64,000 bases of DNA, taken from assembly GCA_017615795.1 (NCBI GenBank), contig JAFZZK010000029.1, forward strand, positions 7,519 through 71,518. Reading direction: 5' to 3'. Of this stretch, positions 19,655 through 29,998 are shown piece after piece. The stretch's first letter is position 1. The number at the start of each line of letters is the position of its first letter. Origin of the DNA: Bacteroidales bacterium. GTDB lineage: Bacteria > Bacteroidota > Bacteroidia > Bacteroidales > WCHB1-69. The notes under the pieces are model-generated. The model searched no databases and was not told where the DNA came from. It saw nothing but the letters and a program-made list of their open reading frames with translations. The position numbers and the translations under genes were made by a program.

Positions 19655-22252
19655 ATGAACCCTAACAATTTGACAATCAAAACACAAGAGGTTATTTCCA
19701 ACGCCCAGATGATTGCCATGCGCAATCAGAACCAGCAACTGGAACCCCTCCATATCCTCAAGTCTATGCTTGAGGTGGACGACAATGTGATCCCTTTTTT
19801 GCTGAAAAAGCAAGATTGTAACCCCAAGACTGTCGCCGCTGTGGTGGACCGCGAAATCGCGCGGCTGCCCAAAGTGACGGGTGGGGACCCCTACTTGGCC
19901 GGCAACACGCAAACAGCTTTGCAGAAGGCCATTATTTTCTGTCAGGACTCCGGTGACGAGTTCGTCTCTTTGGAGCATTTGCTCTATGGTGTTTTTTGCG
20001 CCAATGGCTCCGCATCCCAAATTCTCAAGGATGCAGGCATGACCGAAAAGGGCTTGAAGAATGCCATCCAGGAGTTGCACAAAGGCAGTAAAGTCACCTC
20101 TGCCTCCAATGAGGAGACCTACAACGCCCTCAACAAGTACGCCAAGAACCTCAATGAGATGGCACGTCAGGGCAAACTCGACCCCGTGATCGGGCGTGAC
20201 GAGGAGATTCGCCGTGTGCTGCAAATTCTGTCGCGCCGTACCAAGAACAACCCCATCCTGATTGGCGAGGCCGGTGTCGGCAAGACAGCCATTGCCGAAG
20301 GCTTGGCCCAAAGATTGGTCAGTGGCGACATTCCCGAGAACCTCAAGAGCAAGAAGCTTTACTCTCTTGACATGGGCGCACTTATCGCTGGTGCCAAATA
20401 CAAAGGCGAGTTCGAGGAGCGTCTCAAGAGTGTCATCAACGAGGTGATTCACTCCAATGGTGAAATTATCCTGTTCATCGACGAGATTCACACGCTTGTG
20501 GGGGCGGGCGCGTCCGGCGAGGGCGCGATGGATGCCGCAAACATCCTCAAGCCTGCTTTGGCGCGTGGCGAACTCCGGTCCATTGGCGCCACCACCCTTG
20601 ACGAATATCAAAAGTATTTCGAGAAAGACAAGGCCCTCGAACGTCGTTTCCAACCCGTCAAGATCGAGGAGCCCGACAAATATGCCGCCATTTCCATCCT
20701 TCGTGGCTTGAAGGAGCGTTACGAAAGCCACCATCAGGTCAAGATTCTCGACGAGGCCATTATCGCCGCCGTCGAGTTGTCGCAGCGTTACATCGGCGAC
20801 CGCTTCTTGCCCGACAAGGCCATAGACCTCATCGACGAGGCTGCCGCCAAACTCAAGCTCGAAATCAACTCCGTGCCGGAGGAACTGGATGAGGTGGAAC
20901 ACAAAATCAGCCAACTGGAGATCGAACGCGAGGCCCTCAAACGCGAGAACGACACGGCCAAGGTGGAAGACCTTAGCCAGAAGATCGCCGAGTTGCAGGA
21001 AAAACGCAATGTTATTTCCACCAAATGGCGCAGCGAGAAGGAAATCATGGACAAGATCCAGCATTGCAAGGATGAAATCGAGGCTTACAAATTGGAAGCC
21101 ACCAATGAGGAACGCCAGGGCAATTACGGTCGTGTGGCGGAATTGCGCTACGGCCTCATCAAGAATGATGAGGATGAAATGGCCAAACTCCAGAAAGAAC
21201 TGGAGGCGTTGCAGGGCGACGCGGCTATGATCGACGAAAAGGTCGGCGCCGACGATGTCGCCGAGGTCGTGGCGCGTTGGACTGGCATTCCCGTGACCAA
21301 GATGATGCAGAGTGAGAAATCCAAGTTGCTGCACCTGGAAGAGGAACTCCACAAGCGTGTGGTGGGCCAGGACGAGGCCATAGGAGCCGTGTCCGACGCC
21401 ATCCGCCGCAGTCGTGCCGGACTTCAGGATGCCAAGCGTCCCATTGGCTCGTTCATCTTTATGGGCACCACAGGTGTCGGCAAGACAGAACTTGCCAAGG
21501 CACTCGCCGAGTATTTGTTCAATACTGAAGATGCCATGATACGCTTCGATATGAGCGAGTTTCAGGAATCGTACTCCGTTTCCCGGCTCATTGGATCGCC
21601 TCCCGGCTATGTGGGCTATGACGAGGGCGGACAACTCACCGAAAAGGTGCGCCGCAAACCCTATTCCGTCATTCTCTTTGACGAAATTGAAAAAGCGCAT
21701 CCCGACGTGTTCAATGTCTTGCTCCAAGTGCTCGACGACGGTCGGTTGACCGACAACAAGGGCAGAGTGGCCGACTTCAAAAACACCATCATCATCATGA
21801 CCTCAAACCTCGGCTCCAACATTATCCAGGATAACTATTCCGACCGTGCCAACTACTCCGACCTTGAGGTGTTTGAACGTACCAAAACTGAAGTCACCGA
21901 CTTGTTGAAGAAGACCTTGAAGCCTGAGTTCCTCAACCGTATCGATGAGATTGTGATGTTCCAGCCTCTCTCCAAACGTGAGATCAAGGAGATCATCAAG
22001 TTGCAACTCGGACAGCTCGAAACCCTGCTGGGCCAACGCAACATCAAGCTTGAGTTCAGTCGCTACGCCATGGACCTGCTGTTGGATCTGGGCTATGACC
22101 CGCTTTACGGAGCCCGACCGCTCAAGCGCGTGATACAGAAGATGATACTCAATGAACTCTCCAAGATCATCCTCGCCGAGGATATCGACCACGACTGCAC
22201 CATCATGGTGGATTCCGTGGAGGACGGGAAGTTTGTGTTCTACAAGAAATAA
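19655..22252 (+). CDS. clpB: ATP-dependent chaperone ClpB
   Basis: Two AAA+ domains ([16 protein letters not shown]), M-domain coiled coil, [11 protein letters not shown]; 865 aa. Confidence 0.97.
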   Translation: MNPNNLTIKTQEVISNAQMIAMRNQNQQLEPLHILKSMLEVDDNVIPFLLKKQDCNPKTVAAVVDREIARLPKVTGGDPYLAGNTQTALQKAIIFCQDSGDEFVSLEHLLYGVFCANGSASQILKDAGMTEKGLKNAIQELHKGSKVTSASNEETYNALNKYAKNLNEMARQGKLDPVIGRDEEIRRVLQILSRRTKNNPILIGEAGVGKTAIAEGLAQRLVSGDIPENLKSKKLYSLDMGALIAGAKYKGEFEERLKSVINEVIHSNGEIILFIDEIHTLVGAGASGEGAMDAANILKPALARGELRSIGATTLDEYQKYFEKDKALERRFQPVKIEEPDKYAAISILRGLKERYESHHQVKILDEAIIAAVELSQRYIGDRFLPDKAIDLIDEAAAKLKLEINSVPEELDEVEHKISQLEIEREALKRENDTAKVEDLSQKIAELQEKRNVISTKWRSEKEIMDKIQHCKDEIEAYKLEATNEERQGNYGRVAELRYGLIKNDEDEMAKLQKELEALQGDAAMIDEKVGADDVAEVVARWTGIPVTKMMQSEKSKLLHLEEELHKRVVGQDEAIGAVSDAIRRSRAGLQDAKRPIGSFIFMGTTGVGKTELAKALAEYLFNTEDAMIRFDMSEFQESYSVSRLIGSPPGYVGYDEGGQLTEKVRRKPYSVILFDEIEKAHPDVFNVLLQVLDDGRLTDNKGRVADFKNTIIIMTSNLGSNIIQDNYSDRANYSDLEVFERTKTEVTDLLKKTLKPEFLNRIDEIVMFQPLSKREIKEIIKLQLGQLETLLGQRNIKLEFSRYAMDLLLDLGYDPLYGARPLKRVIQKMILNELSKIILAEDIDHDCTIMVDSVEDGKFVFYKK

Positions 22253-22280
22253 TGGAAATATTTTATGTTAATTGATAATG

Positions 22281-22310
22281 GCGGCGGGACTTGACTCCTG
22301 CCGCTTTTTT
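22281..22310 (+). terminator. Intrinsic terminator after clpB
   Basis: GCGGCGGGA...TCCTGCCGC stem followed by T6. Confidence 0.75.
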
Positions 22311-22380
22311 GTTATCTTTGCGGTCTGAAAATATTACTCATCTCCACTTTTTTTTTATTTTTGCACCCTAATACTGAAAT

Positions 22381-23028
22381 ATGACTGATGATTATCTGTT
22401 GCTTGGCGCAAAGAAAAGACTGATAGAGGAACTCCGCAGGAAGGGCATTGACGATGAGAATGTCTTGGAGGCATTCGACAAGGTGGAACGCCATCGTTTT
22501 TTGGAGTCTTTTCTGTGGAACAGGGCGTATGACGATGTGGCTCTTAAGCTTCTGACTGGACAAACCATATCGCATCCATCCACCGTGGCTTTCCAGTCGC
22601 AGCTGCTGAAGATCACGAAGGGCTTGTCGGTGCTTGAGATCGGTACGGGATCCGGTTTTCAGGCGGCCATCCTCAGCGCGATGGGAGCGCATGTCTATAC
22701 CGTGGAACGTCAGGAATTACTGTATAAACGCACTTCCAAATTGCTGGCAGAACTCGACAGCCGCATCGTCACGTGCTTTGGCGACGGCTACAAGGGCCTT
22801 CCCCGCTTTGCCCCCTATGACCGAATTATTGTCACATGTGGTGCGCCGAATGTGCCGGAAGCTCTTGTGCTGCAACTGAAGGTGGGCGGTATCATGGTTA
22901 TCCCCGTCGGCGATGAGTCGCAAACCATGAAAAGATTTACTAAAATAGACGAAAATAACCTCCAGGAGGAGGTCTTTGGCGACTTCCTTTTCGTTCCAAT
23001 GCTGAAAAACGAAGCCAAAAGGAACTGA
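22381..23028 (+). CDS. pcm: Protein-L-isoaspartate O-methyltransferase
   Basis: GQTISHP, VLEIGTGSGFQ, APYDRIIVT and FVPM motifs. Confidence 0.93.
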   Translation: MTDDYLLLGAKKRLIEELRRKGIDDENVLEAFDKVERHRFLESFLWNRAYDDVALKLLTGQTISHPSTVAFQSQLLKITKGLSVLEIGTGSGFQAAILSAMGAHVYTVERQELLYKRTSKLLAELDSRIVTCFGDGYKGLPRFAPYDRIIVTCGAPNVPEALVLQLKVGGIMVIPVGDESQTMKRFTKIDENNLQEEVFGDFLFVPMLKNEAKRN

Positions 23029-23043
23029 TTATACAATTGAATT

Positions 23044-23766
23044 GTGGATGTGAATAACATTACTGCTGTCATATTTGCCGCCGGATTAGGGACGCGGCTG
23101 TATCCTTTGACGGCCGACCGCCCCAAGGCGATGGTCTGTTACGAGGGGAAACCCTTGTTGCAGCATGCGCTGGAGAAAATGTCGGCTGCCGGAATCCGCA
23201 ATGTTGTCGTGAATGTGCACCATTTTCCCGATAAGATTGTCGACTTTGTCCGCACGTACCCTTTTGCAGGATGCGTCCGTGTTTCCGACGAGAGGGCCTA
23301 TCTGCGCGACACGGCCGGAGGGCTCAAGTTCGCGGAGCCGTTGTTGGGCGATAGTGACATACTATTATTATATAATGTGGACATCCTGTCGTCCATCGAC
23401 TTGCGCGCCATGGTGGCATATCATCTGGCCTCCGGTGCAGATGCCACCCTTGCCGTGCGCGACCGGCAAACCGCCCGCTATTTCGTGTTTGAACGGGACA
23501 ATATGCAACTCTGCGGCTGGAAAAACGTCAAGACGGGCGAGGAAATCATGCCGGTCTCCCCACAACATCCCGTGATGATGGCTTTTAGCGGTATCCATGT
23601 GGTCAACCGCAGTTTTCTGGATAACATCCCCTCTGTCGAGAAAGCCTCCCTGACCCCTGTTTATCTCCGACTTATAAACAAGTGTCGGATATGTGGTTAT
23701 CAACATCAGTCCGATATGTGGATGGATGTTGGCAAATATGATGAATTTCGTAACATATTGACATAG
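23044..23766 (+). CDS. Sugar-phosphate nucleotidyltransferase (MurU-like)
   Basis: FAAGLGTRLYPLT..PKA, DTAGG, NVDI and WMDVG motifs; GTG start. Confidence 0.85.
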   Translation: MDVNNITAVIFAAGLGTRLYPLTADRPKAMVCYEGKPLLQHALEKMSAAGIRNVVVNVHHFPDKIVDFVRTYPFAGCVRVSDERAYLRDTAGGLKFAEPLLGDSDILLLYNVDILSSIDLRAMVAYHLASGADATLAVRDRQTARYFVFERDNMQLCGWKNVKTGEEIMPVSPQHPVMMAFSGIHVVNRSFLDNIPSVEKASLTPVYLRLINKCRICGYQHQSDMWMDVGKYDEFRNILT

Positions 23767-23868
23767 ATAGTTATAATATGGTTTTCAACAGATTTTGAGC
23801 TAAAGTCTATACACTAATTTTTTTAAAAATCAAGTTGAAAACATTTTTTTTGTAAACTTTTTTTTGTT

Positions 23869-23876
23869 TATTTTTG
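23869..23876 (+). promoter_or_regulatory. Sigma-A -7 element for dnaA
   Basis: TATTTTTG within an AT-rich spacer. Confidence 0.55.
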
Positions 23877-23951
23877 CCATCTGGAAAAACGAATGGCTGC
23901 AAGGCCATAATTCGTTGAGAATGAGAAAAAATAAAAATTGTTACGAGTAAG

Positions 23952-25403
23952 ATGAGCGAAATTACGAAAGACTACACCAAAGTTTGGAACAAGTGCTTGG
24001 GGATGATACATGACATTGTGGAGGAGGATGCGTACGAGACCTGGTTCCTCCCCATTGTGCCGGTTTCCTTGGAAGAGGATACGCTTGTGCTCCAGTTGCC
24101 GAGCCATCTTTTCTATGAGTTTTTGGAAGAACACTACGTCAATGTGCTGAAGAGTGTCATCAAGAAGGAGATCGGCCCCATGGCGAAGCTGAAATACAAG
24201 GTGATTATGGAACAACAGCCTGATCCTGCCCAGTCGCAGACCATCACGCTGCCGTCGCACAACCGCCCTGCCGTGAGCAACCCGCCATCCTTGGCCCCCA
24301 TTGACGTGTACCAGACACCCAACCGCGACATTCCCGACCCGTTTGTGCTGCCCGGCATCCAAAAGCATAAGATCCCCTCCAACCTGGTGGAAACGCTGAC
24401 TTTCGACAACTACATCGAAGGCGATTGCAACCGCTTGGCGCGTTCCGCGGGCTGGGCCATCGCCAAGGCACCCGGACAGACGTCGTTCAACCCGCTTTTC
24501 ATCTATTCCGACGTGGGGCTTGGAAAGACGCACCTGGCAAACGCCATCGGTATCCAGACCAAGATCAACCATCCGGACAAGACGGTCGTCTATGTGAGCT
24601 GCGATACTTTCTACCAGCAATACGTGGAGGCGCTTCGCAACAAGAACATCAACGATTTTATATGGTTCTACCAGCAGTCTGTGGATATGCTGATTATCGA
24701 CGATATTCAGTTTATCGCGGGCGGCAAGGGAAAGACCCAGGAGGCGTTTTTCCATATTTTCAACTCGTTGCACCAGCACAACAAGCAGATTATCATCACA
24801 TCCGACAAGTCGCCGGTTGAGATCACGGGCTTCGAGCCGCGCCTGCTCAACCGTTTCAAATGGGGGCTTACGGCTGATTTGCAGGTGCCCGACCTGGAGA
24901 CGCGCATCGCCATCATCAACAAGAAGCTGGAAAACAACGGCATCACCTTCCCCAAGGAGGTGGTGGAATACTTGGCCCTGCGCATCACATCCAACACCCG
25001 CGAGCTGGAAGGCGCCATGATCGCCATCCTCGCGCAGGCCTCCCTCAACCATCGTGCTATCACGGTGGACTTGGCCAAGGAGATGGTCGACAAATATGTC
25101 AAGACCAATGCCAAGGAGATCTCCATCGAGTACATACAGAAGATCGTGTGCGACTATTTCAAGATCTCCGCAGAGGCCATCAATGCGCGGACTCGTCGCC
25201 GCGACATCGTGCAGGCACGTCAACTCAGCATGTATTTTGCCAAGAAATACACCAAGTTGCCCCTTACCATCATTGGCGCCTATTGCGGCAACAAGGACCA
25301 TGCAACCGTGCTGCACGCCTGCCGGACCATCAGCAACTTGTATGAAACCGACAAAAAAATGAAACTTTATGTGGATGATATCGACAAGAAGATGAAAATT
25401 TAG
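23952..25403 (+). CDS. dnaA: Chromosomal replication initiator DnaA
   Basis: NPLFIY..VGLGKTHL, IIDDIQF, RELEGA and DHATVLHA motifs. Confidence 0.97.
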   Translation: MSEITKDYTKVWNKCLGMIHDIVEEDAYETWFLPIVPVSLEEDTLVLQLPSHLFYEFLEEHYVNVLKSVIKKEIGPMAKLKYKVIMEQQPDPAQSQTITLPSHNRPAVSNPPSLAPIDVYQTPNRDIPDPFVLPGIQKHKIPSNLVETLTFDNYIEGDCNRLARSAGWAIAKAPGQTSFNPLFIYSDVGLGKTHLANAIGIQTKINHPDKTVVYVSCDTFYQQYVEALRNKNINDFIWFYQQSVDMLIIDDIQFIAGGKGKTQEAFFHIFNSLHQHNKQIIITSDKSPVEITGFEPRLLNRFKWGLTADLQVPDLETRIAIINKKLENNGITFPKEVVEYLALRITSNTRELEGAMIAILAQASLNHRAITVDLAKEMVDKYVKTNAKEISIEYIQKIVCDYFKISAEAINARTRRRDIVQARQLSMYFAKKYTKLPLTIIGAYCGNKDHATVLHACRTISNLYETDKKMKLYVDDIDKKMKI

Positions 25404-25474
25404 AAAAACGCTCCCTGCTCTTGACTTTGTGAAAAATAAAGTTTATTTTTGCAGGTTGATAAAAATGTGAAATT

Positions 25475-27247
25475 ATGAATAAAAAGTGGATATGCCAGCA
25501 ACTTCCGGATGACGCGGCCACGGCACGGCTCGCGAGCCAACTCTCCATAGAAAAACCGCTTGCAGCCCTTTTGATTCAAAGAGGCATCTCCACTCCTGAG
25601 GCGGCGGCCGAGTTCTTCAACCCCGATATCACCAAACTTCACAACCCCTTTTTGATGAAAGACATGGACAAGGCCGTCAAACGCCTTTCCAATGCCATCA
25701 TCAACAATGAGAAAATCCTCGTCTACGGCGACTATGACGTCGACGGCACTTCCGCCGTCGCACTCCTGTACTCTTTCCTCTGCGAAATTATCGGTTCCGA
25801 ATCCAAAGATCTCGTGGAATACTATATTCCTGACCGCTACACCGAAGGCTACGGCATCTCCGACCAGGGCGTGGAATATTGTCATGAGAACAATATCAGC
25901 CTGCTGATTTCCCTGGACTGCGGCATCAAGGCCAACGATAAAGTGGAAATGGCCAACAAGCTGGGTGTCGATGTCATCATCTGCGACCATCACCTCGAGG
26001 GCGACGAACTGCCCCAGGCTGTCGCAATCCTCGACCCTAAACGCAAGGACTGCGCCTACCCGTACAAGGAGCTCTCCGGCTGCGGCGTCGGCTTTAAACT
26101 TATACAGGGATACTGCCAGCAATATAAGCTGCCTGACCAGCTCTGGCTCTCCCGCATGGACCTCGTCGCCATCAGCATCGCGTCGGACATCGTGGCTATC
26201 ACCGGTGAGAACCGCATCCTCGCGCACTTTGGCCTCGAAATCATCAACAAGTTCCCCAGAATGGGCATCAAATCCATTCTCGACCAGTCCGGCATCAAGA
26301 TCCATTATCCTTTCAAGGAGGAGACCATCTTCTCCCGCGTGATCTCCATCTCCGACCTCGTCTTTTATGTCGGTCCCCGCATCAATGCGGCCGGGCGCAT
26401 GAAAAGCGGACGCGAGTCGGTGCGACTGTTCATCGTCGAGGATGAGGACAAGTCCGCCGATATCGGCAAACGGATCAATACCCAGAACGAACAGCGCAAG
26501 GAACAAGACCGGAATGCCACAGAGGAGGCCATCCACATGATCAAAGGCTCCCACGAATATATCGGACGCAAGAGCATCGTCATCTATAACCCCAATTGGT
26601 TCAAGGGTATCATCGGTATCGTGGCTTCCCGCCTTGTGGAGGTGTTCTACAAGCCCACCATCGTCCTGACCAAGTCCTCCGACGGACTCATCACCGGCTC
26701 TGCCCGTTCCGTCAAGGAATTCAATATCTACGACGGTATCGACTCCTGCTCCGACCTGCTCGAACATTTCGGAGGCCATAAGTTCGCGGCCGGACTCTCC
26801 ATGAAAGAAGAGAATCTTGAGGAATTTATCGAAAAGTTCGAAGCCTACGTGAACGAGAACCTCGACGAGACCTCCACGATTCCGGAAATTTCCGTTGATA
26901 TGCCTCTTGACCTCTCGGAGGTTACCCACAGTTTCATGAACCACCTCAAACAATTCGCCCCCTTCGGCCCGGGCAATATGGAACCCGTTTTCCAGTCCAA
27001 TGGCCTCGTGGATGAAGGCATGGGACGCATCGTCGGCGACAAGCACCTCAAATGCCGCGTCCTTTATCCCGACCGTGTTGTGCAGCCTATTGATGTCATT
27101 GCATTCAACATGAAGGACAAGTTGCCTCTCATCAGGGATAACAAGTCCTTTGACATGCTCTATCACGTTGAGGAGAATGTTTGGAACAACGTGGTGAATA
27201 TCCAGCTTAATGCCAAGGATATTCGTCCAAGCAACGGCAATCAGTAA
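25475..27247 (+). CDS. recJ: ssDNA exonuclease RecJ
   Basis: GDYDVDG, DCG, DHH, PRINAAGR, GSARS and FGGH motifs; -7 element at 25444-25451. Confidence 0.96.
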   Translation: MNKKWICQQLPDDAATARLASQLSIEKPLAALLIQRGISTPEAAAEFFNPDITKLHNPFLMKDMDKAVKRLSNAIINNEKILVYGDYDVDGTSAVALLYSFLCEIIGSESKDLVEYYIPDRYTEGYGISDQGVEYCHENNISLLISLDCGIKANDKVEMANKLGVDVIICDHHLEGDELPQAVAILDPKRKDCAYPYKELSGCGVGFKLIQGYCQQYKLPDQLWLSRMDLVAISIASDIVAITGENRILAHFGLEIINKFPRMGIKSILDQSGIKIHYPFKEETIFSRVISISDLVFYVGPRINAAGRMKSGRESVRLFIVEDEDKSADIGKRINTQNEQRKEQDRNATEEAIHMIKGSHEYIGRKSIVIYNPNWFKGIIGIVASRLVEVFYKPTIVLTKSSDGLITGSARSVKEFNIYDGIDSCSDLLEHFGGHKFAAGLSMKEENLEEFIEKFEAYVNENLDETSTIPEISVDMPLDLSEVTHSFMNHLKQFAPFGPGNMEPVFQSNGLVDEGMGRIVGDKHLKCRVLYPDRVVQPIDVIAFNMKDKLPLIRDNKSFDMLYHVEENVWNNVVNIQLNAKDIRPSNGNQ

Positions 27248-27258
27248 ATCCCCTTGCG

Positions 27259-28383
27259 ATGAAAATCGCTGTCAATACGCGACTTCTTCTGAAAGACAGG
27301 CTCGAAGGAATCGGATGGTTCACGCATGAGAGCCTTCGCCGAATCGTTGCACAGCATCCTGAACATCATTTCTATTTCCTGTTCGACCGTCCATACGACG
27401 AGCAATTTGTCTATGCCTCCAATGTGACGCCGGTGGTGGCTCACCCGCAGGCGCGCCATCCCTATTTGTGGTATCTCTTTTTCGAGTGTGGCATACCCTC
27501 CAAGCTCCGTTCTATCCGGCCGGATTTGTTCCTCTCAACCGATGGCTGGATTCCGTTGCACGTGCATGACACCAAGTGCGTCAACGTGATACACGACCTT
27601 AACTTTGCCCATCATCGCGATTTTATCAAGCCTGTCGTCTTGCGCTACTACGACCGCTTCTTCCCGCGGTTCGCCCAGTCGGCAGACCGAATCGCCACCG
27701 TCTCGGAATACACACGCCAAGACATTCACCAGACGTACAATGTCCCTCTGGAAAAAATAGAGGTCGTTTACAATGGCTGTAACGAGTTGTTCAGGCCTTT
27801 TACGCCTGAGGAACAGCAGCAGGTGCGGGAACGGTACGCCCGCGGCTGTCCGTATTTCTTGTTTGTGGGGCTGATTCATAAACGGAAAAATCTTGCCAAC
27901 ATCTTTAGGGCTTTCGACGATTTCAAGTCTCGTGAGCAGTCCAACGCGAAACTGTTGGTGGTGGGTGATAAGAAATGGTGGCAGGGAGAGATTGAGGACA
28001 CCTACGAGGCGATGGGTTTCAAGAATGATGTTGTGATGTTGGGCCGACAGCCGATGGAAACATTGTGCCTGCTGTACTCTTCTGCGCGTGCGTTGGTGTA
28101 TGCGTCTCTGTTTGAGGGTTTTGGAATACCCATTGTGGAGGCTTTCCATGCCGAGACGGCCGTGATCACCTCCGATGTCACCTCCATGCCGGAGGTGGCG
28201 GGCGATGCCGCAATGCTCGTCGACCCTCACAGTGTGTCGCAAATTTCCGATGCAATGCTTGCGCTTTGGAAAGATGACCTGCTGCGCGATGGACTCATCG
28301 CCAAGGGACGCACTCGCCGTGAACTTTTCAGTTGGCAGCAAACCGCAGACCGGCTTTGGCATTGTGTGGAAAATGTCTTGTAA
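27259..28383 (+). CDS. GT4 glycosyltransferase
   Basis: IHDL, KRKN, EGFGIPIVEA and SMPEVAGDA motifs. Confidence 0.9.
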   Translation: MKIAVNTRLLLKDRLEGIGWFTHESLRRIVAQHPEHHFYFLFDRPYDEQFVYASNVTPVVAHPQARHPYLWYLFFECGIPSKLRSIRPDLFLSTDGWIPLHVHDTKCVNVIHDLNFAHHRDFIKPVVLRYYDRFFPRFAQSADRIATVSEYTRQDIHQTYNVPLEKIEVVYNGCNELFRPFTPEEQQQVRERYARGCPYFLFVGLIHKRKNLANIFRAFDDFKSREQSNAKLLVVGDKKWWQGEIEDTYEAMGFKNDVVMLGRQPMETLCLLYSSARALVYASLFEGFGIPIVEAFHAETAVITSDVTSMPEVAGDAAMLVDPHSVSQISDAMLALWKDDLLRDGLIAKGRTRRELFSWQQTADRLWHCVENVL

Positions 28384-28406
28384 CGTATATCATAACACCT
28401 CCTTTC

Positions 28407-29708
28407 ATGAAAAAGAGTCTTCTTACTTTGGTGATGGCTTTGTCCCTGCTGGCGGCATTCTGCCAGGACAGCAATCAAGTGCGCCAATACATTTGCGCCC
28501 TCGCGTCGCCTGCTTTCCATGGGCGCGGTTATGCCTACAACGGTGACAGTATTGCGGCGGAATACCTGCGTGCGCAACTCCGTCAGATTGGCGTGGAACC
28601 CTTTGTGCAGGAGTATTACCACCGATACGGGTTCAATGTCTATGCTATGGAAGGAACCGTGAAGGCCGCACTCGACGGCAAGTCGCTGCGCCCGTGGGAG
28701 GATTTTGCCATGGCACCCTTTTCTCATCCTGCGGACGGGACGTTCCAGTTGTTGCCCATCAACCCGTCGGATATCTTGGATCCCGACAAGTTGCTGGATT
28801 TTTGTCAGAAGAACAGCGCGGTCCTGTCGAAAAGTCTGGTTTTCGTCGACATGTCGCTCTGCACGGATGCGGAAGATGCGAAGAAGCTCAACTCGATATT
28901 CCGTCAGCTGGCTTGGTATAACGGCCAGCTGCCGTTCAGGGGCTTCTTGGTGGCTGTGAAGGACATTCCAGTGTGGTCGTTTGCGTCGGCGCAAAGCTCG
29001 TGTGACTACGTGATGGCGTACATCCACCCCCGCAAGATGAAGAAACACTCGAAGTTGACCTTGTCCTATAGCAATGTGCTGGCTTATCATCCTACCCAGA
29101 ATGTGTGTGGCATGTTGCGCGGCACAGGCGAGCCCGACAGTTTGGTGCTGATTTGCGGGCATTACGACCATCTTGGCCAGATGGGGGAGAGCGTCATTTT
29201 TCCCGGCGCGCATGACAATGCCTCTGGTGCCTCGTCTGTACTCGACATGGCTCATTATTACAAAAAAAATCCTCCTTATTATACCACCTTGTTTCTGTTT
29301 TTCAGCGGGGAGGAGGCAGGCTTGATGGGATCCACGGCTTTCGTGAAGGACTCGTTGTTCGACTTTTCCAAAGTGAAGATGGTTCTCAATATAGATTTGA
29401 TGTGCGGCGGTGATGACGGCATCATGATGGTGAATTCGCAGAGTGACAACACCAAGGATTTTTATCAGGCGATGGTTGACTATAACGACGAGGCACACCT
29501 CGTCAAGGAGGTGCGTTCGCGTGCCAATGCCGCCAACAGCGACCATTATCCTTTCACGGCCAAGGGCATGCCTGCTGTGTTCATTTACACCCTGGGCGGG
29601 CGTGTCGGCGGGTATCATAACCCCGATGACATGTGCGACAAGTGCGGGTTGGAATCGTACGAGGGCATCGTCACACTGCTGCTCAAGTCACTGGAAAAGG
29701 TGAGGTGA
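28407..29708 (+). CDS. Secreted M28 family metallopeptidase
   Basis: Signal peptide MKKSLL; GHYDHLG, GAHDNASG, GEEAGLMGS, SDH and YH..DD motifs. Confidence 0.9.
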   Translation: MKKSLLTLVMALSLLAAFCQDSNQVRQYICALASPAFHGRGYAYNGDSIAAEYLRAQLRQIGVEPFVQEYYHRYGFNVYAMEGTVKAALDGKSLRPWEDFAMAPFSHPADGTFQLLPINPSDILDPDKLLDFCQKNSAVLSKSLVFVDMSLCTDAEDAKKLNSIFRQLAWYNGQLPFRGFLVAVKDIPVWSFASAQSSCDYVMAYIHPRKMKKHSKLTLSYSNVLAYHPTQNVCGMLRGTGEPDSLVLICGHYDHLGQMGESVIFPGAHDNASGASSVLDMAHYYKKNPPYYTTLFLFFSGEEAGLMGSTAFVKDSLFDFSKVKMVLNIDLMCGGDDGIMMVNSQSDNTKDFYQAMVDYNDEAHLVKEVRSRANAANSDHYPFTAKGMPAVFIYTLGGRVGGYHNPDDMCDKCGLESYEGIVTLLLKSLEKVR

Positions 29709-29724
29709 CGCAAGAATAGGGGAT

Positions 29725-29756
29725 AAAAAAACGGAAGCATTACAAATGCTTCCGTT
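29725..29756 (-). terminator. Terminator downstream of the tRNA, possibly bidirectional
   Basis: AACGGAAGCAT-TACAA-ATGCTTCCGTT with a U-tract on the minus strand. Confidence 0.75.
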
Positions 29757-29760
29757 GGCT

Positions 29761-29835
<75 letters not shown>

Positions 29836-29916
29836 ATGTTTACGGCTGCAAAAATACAATTTTTTTCGATATGTCTTTTGAATGAAAAAAATATTTTTTT
29901 CGTATTGATTTTTTTG

Positions 29917-29924
29917 TATTTTTG
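29917..29924 (+). promoter_or_regulatory. Sigma-A -7 element for rpsA
   Basis: TATTTTTG, divergent from the tRNA promoter. Confidence 0.6.
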
Positions 29925-29998
29925 CACACTTCTTTCGTAAGAGGCTCTGCGACTGAGTATCAATAAATTAACCTCATAGTTTAATCTTTAAAAACCTA

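Noticed and set aside
19583-21727. 714-aa ORF antisense to clpB (likewise 23868-25316, 25400-27166, 28227-29618, 47661-48998)
   Set aside because: Typical antisense-frame artefact of C-ending codon bias in conserved genes.
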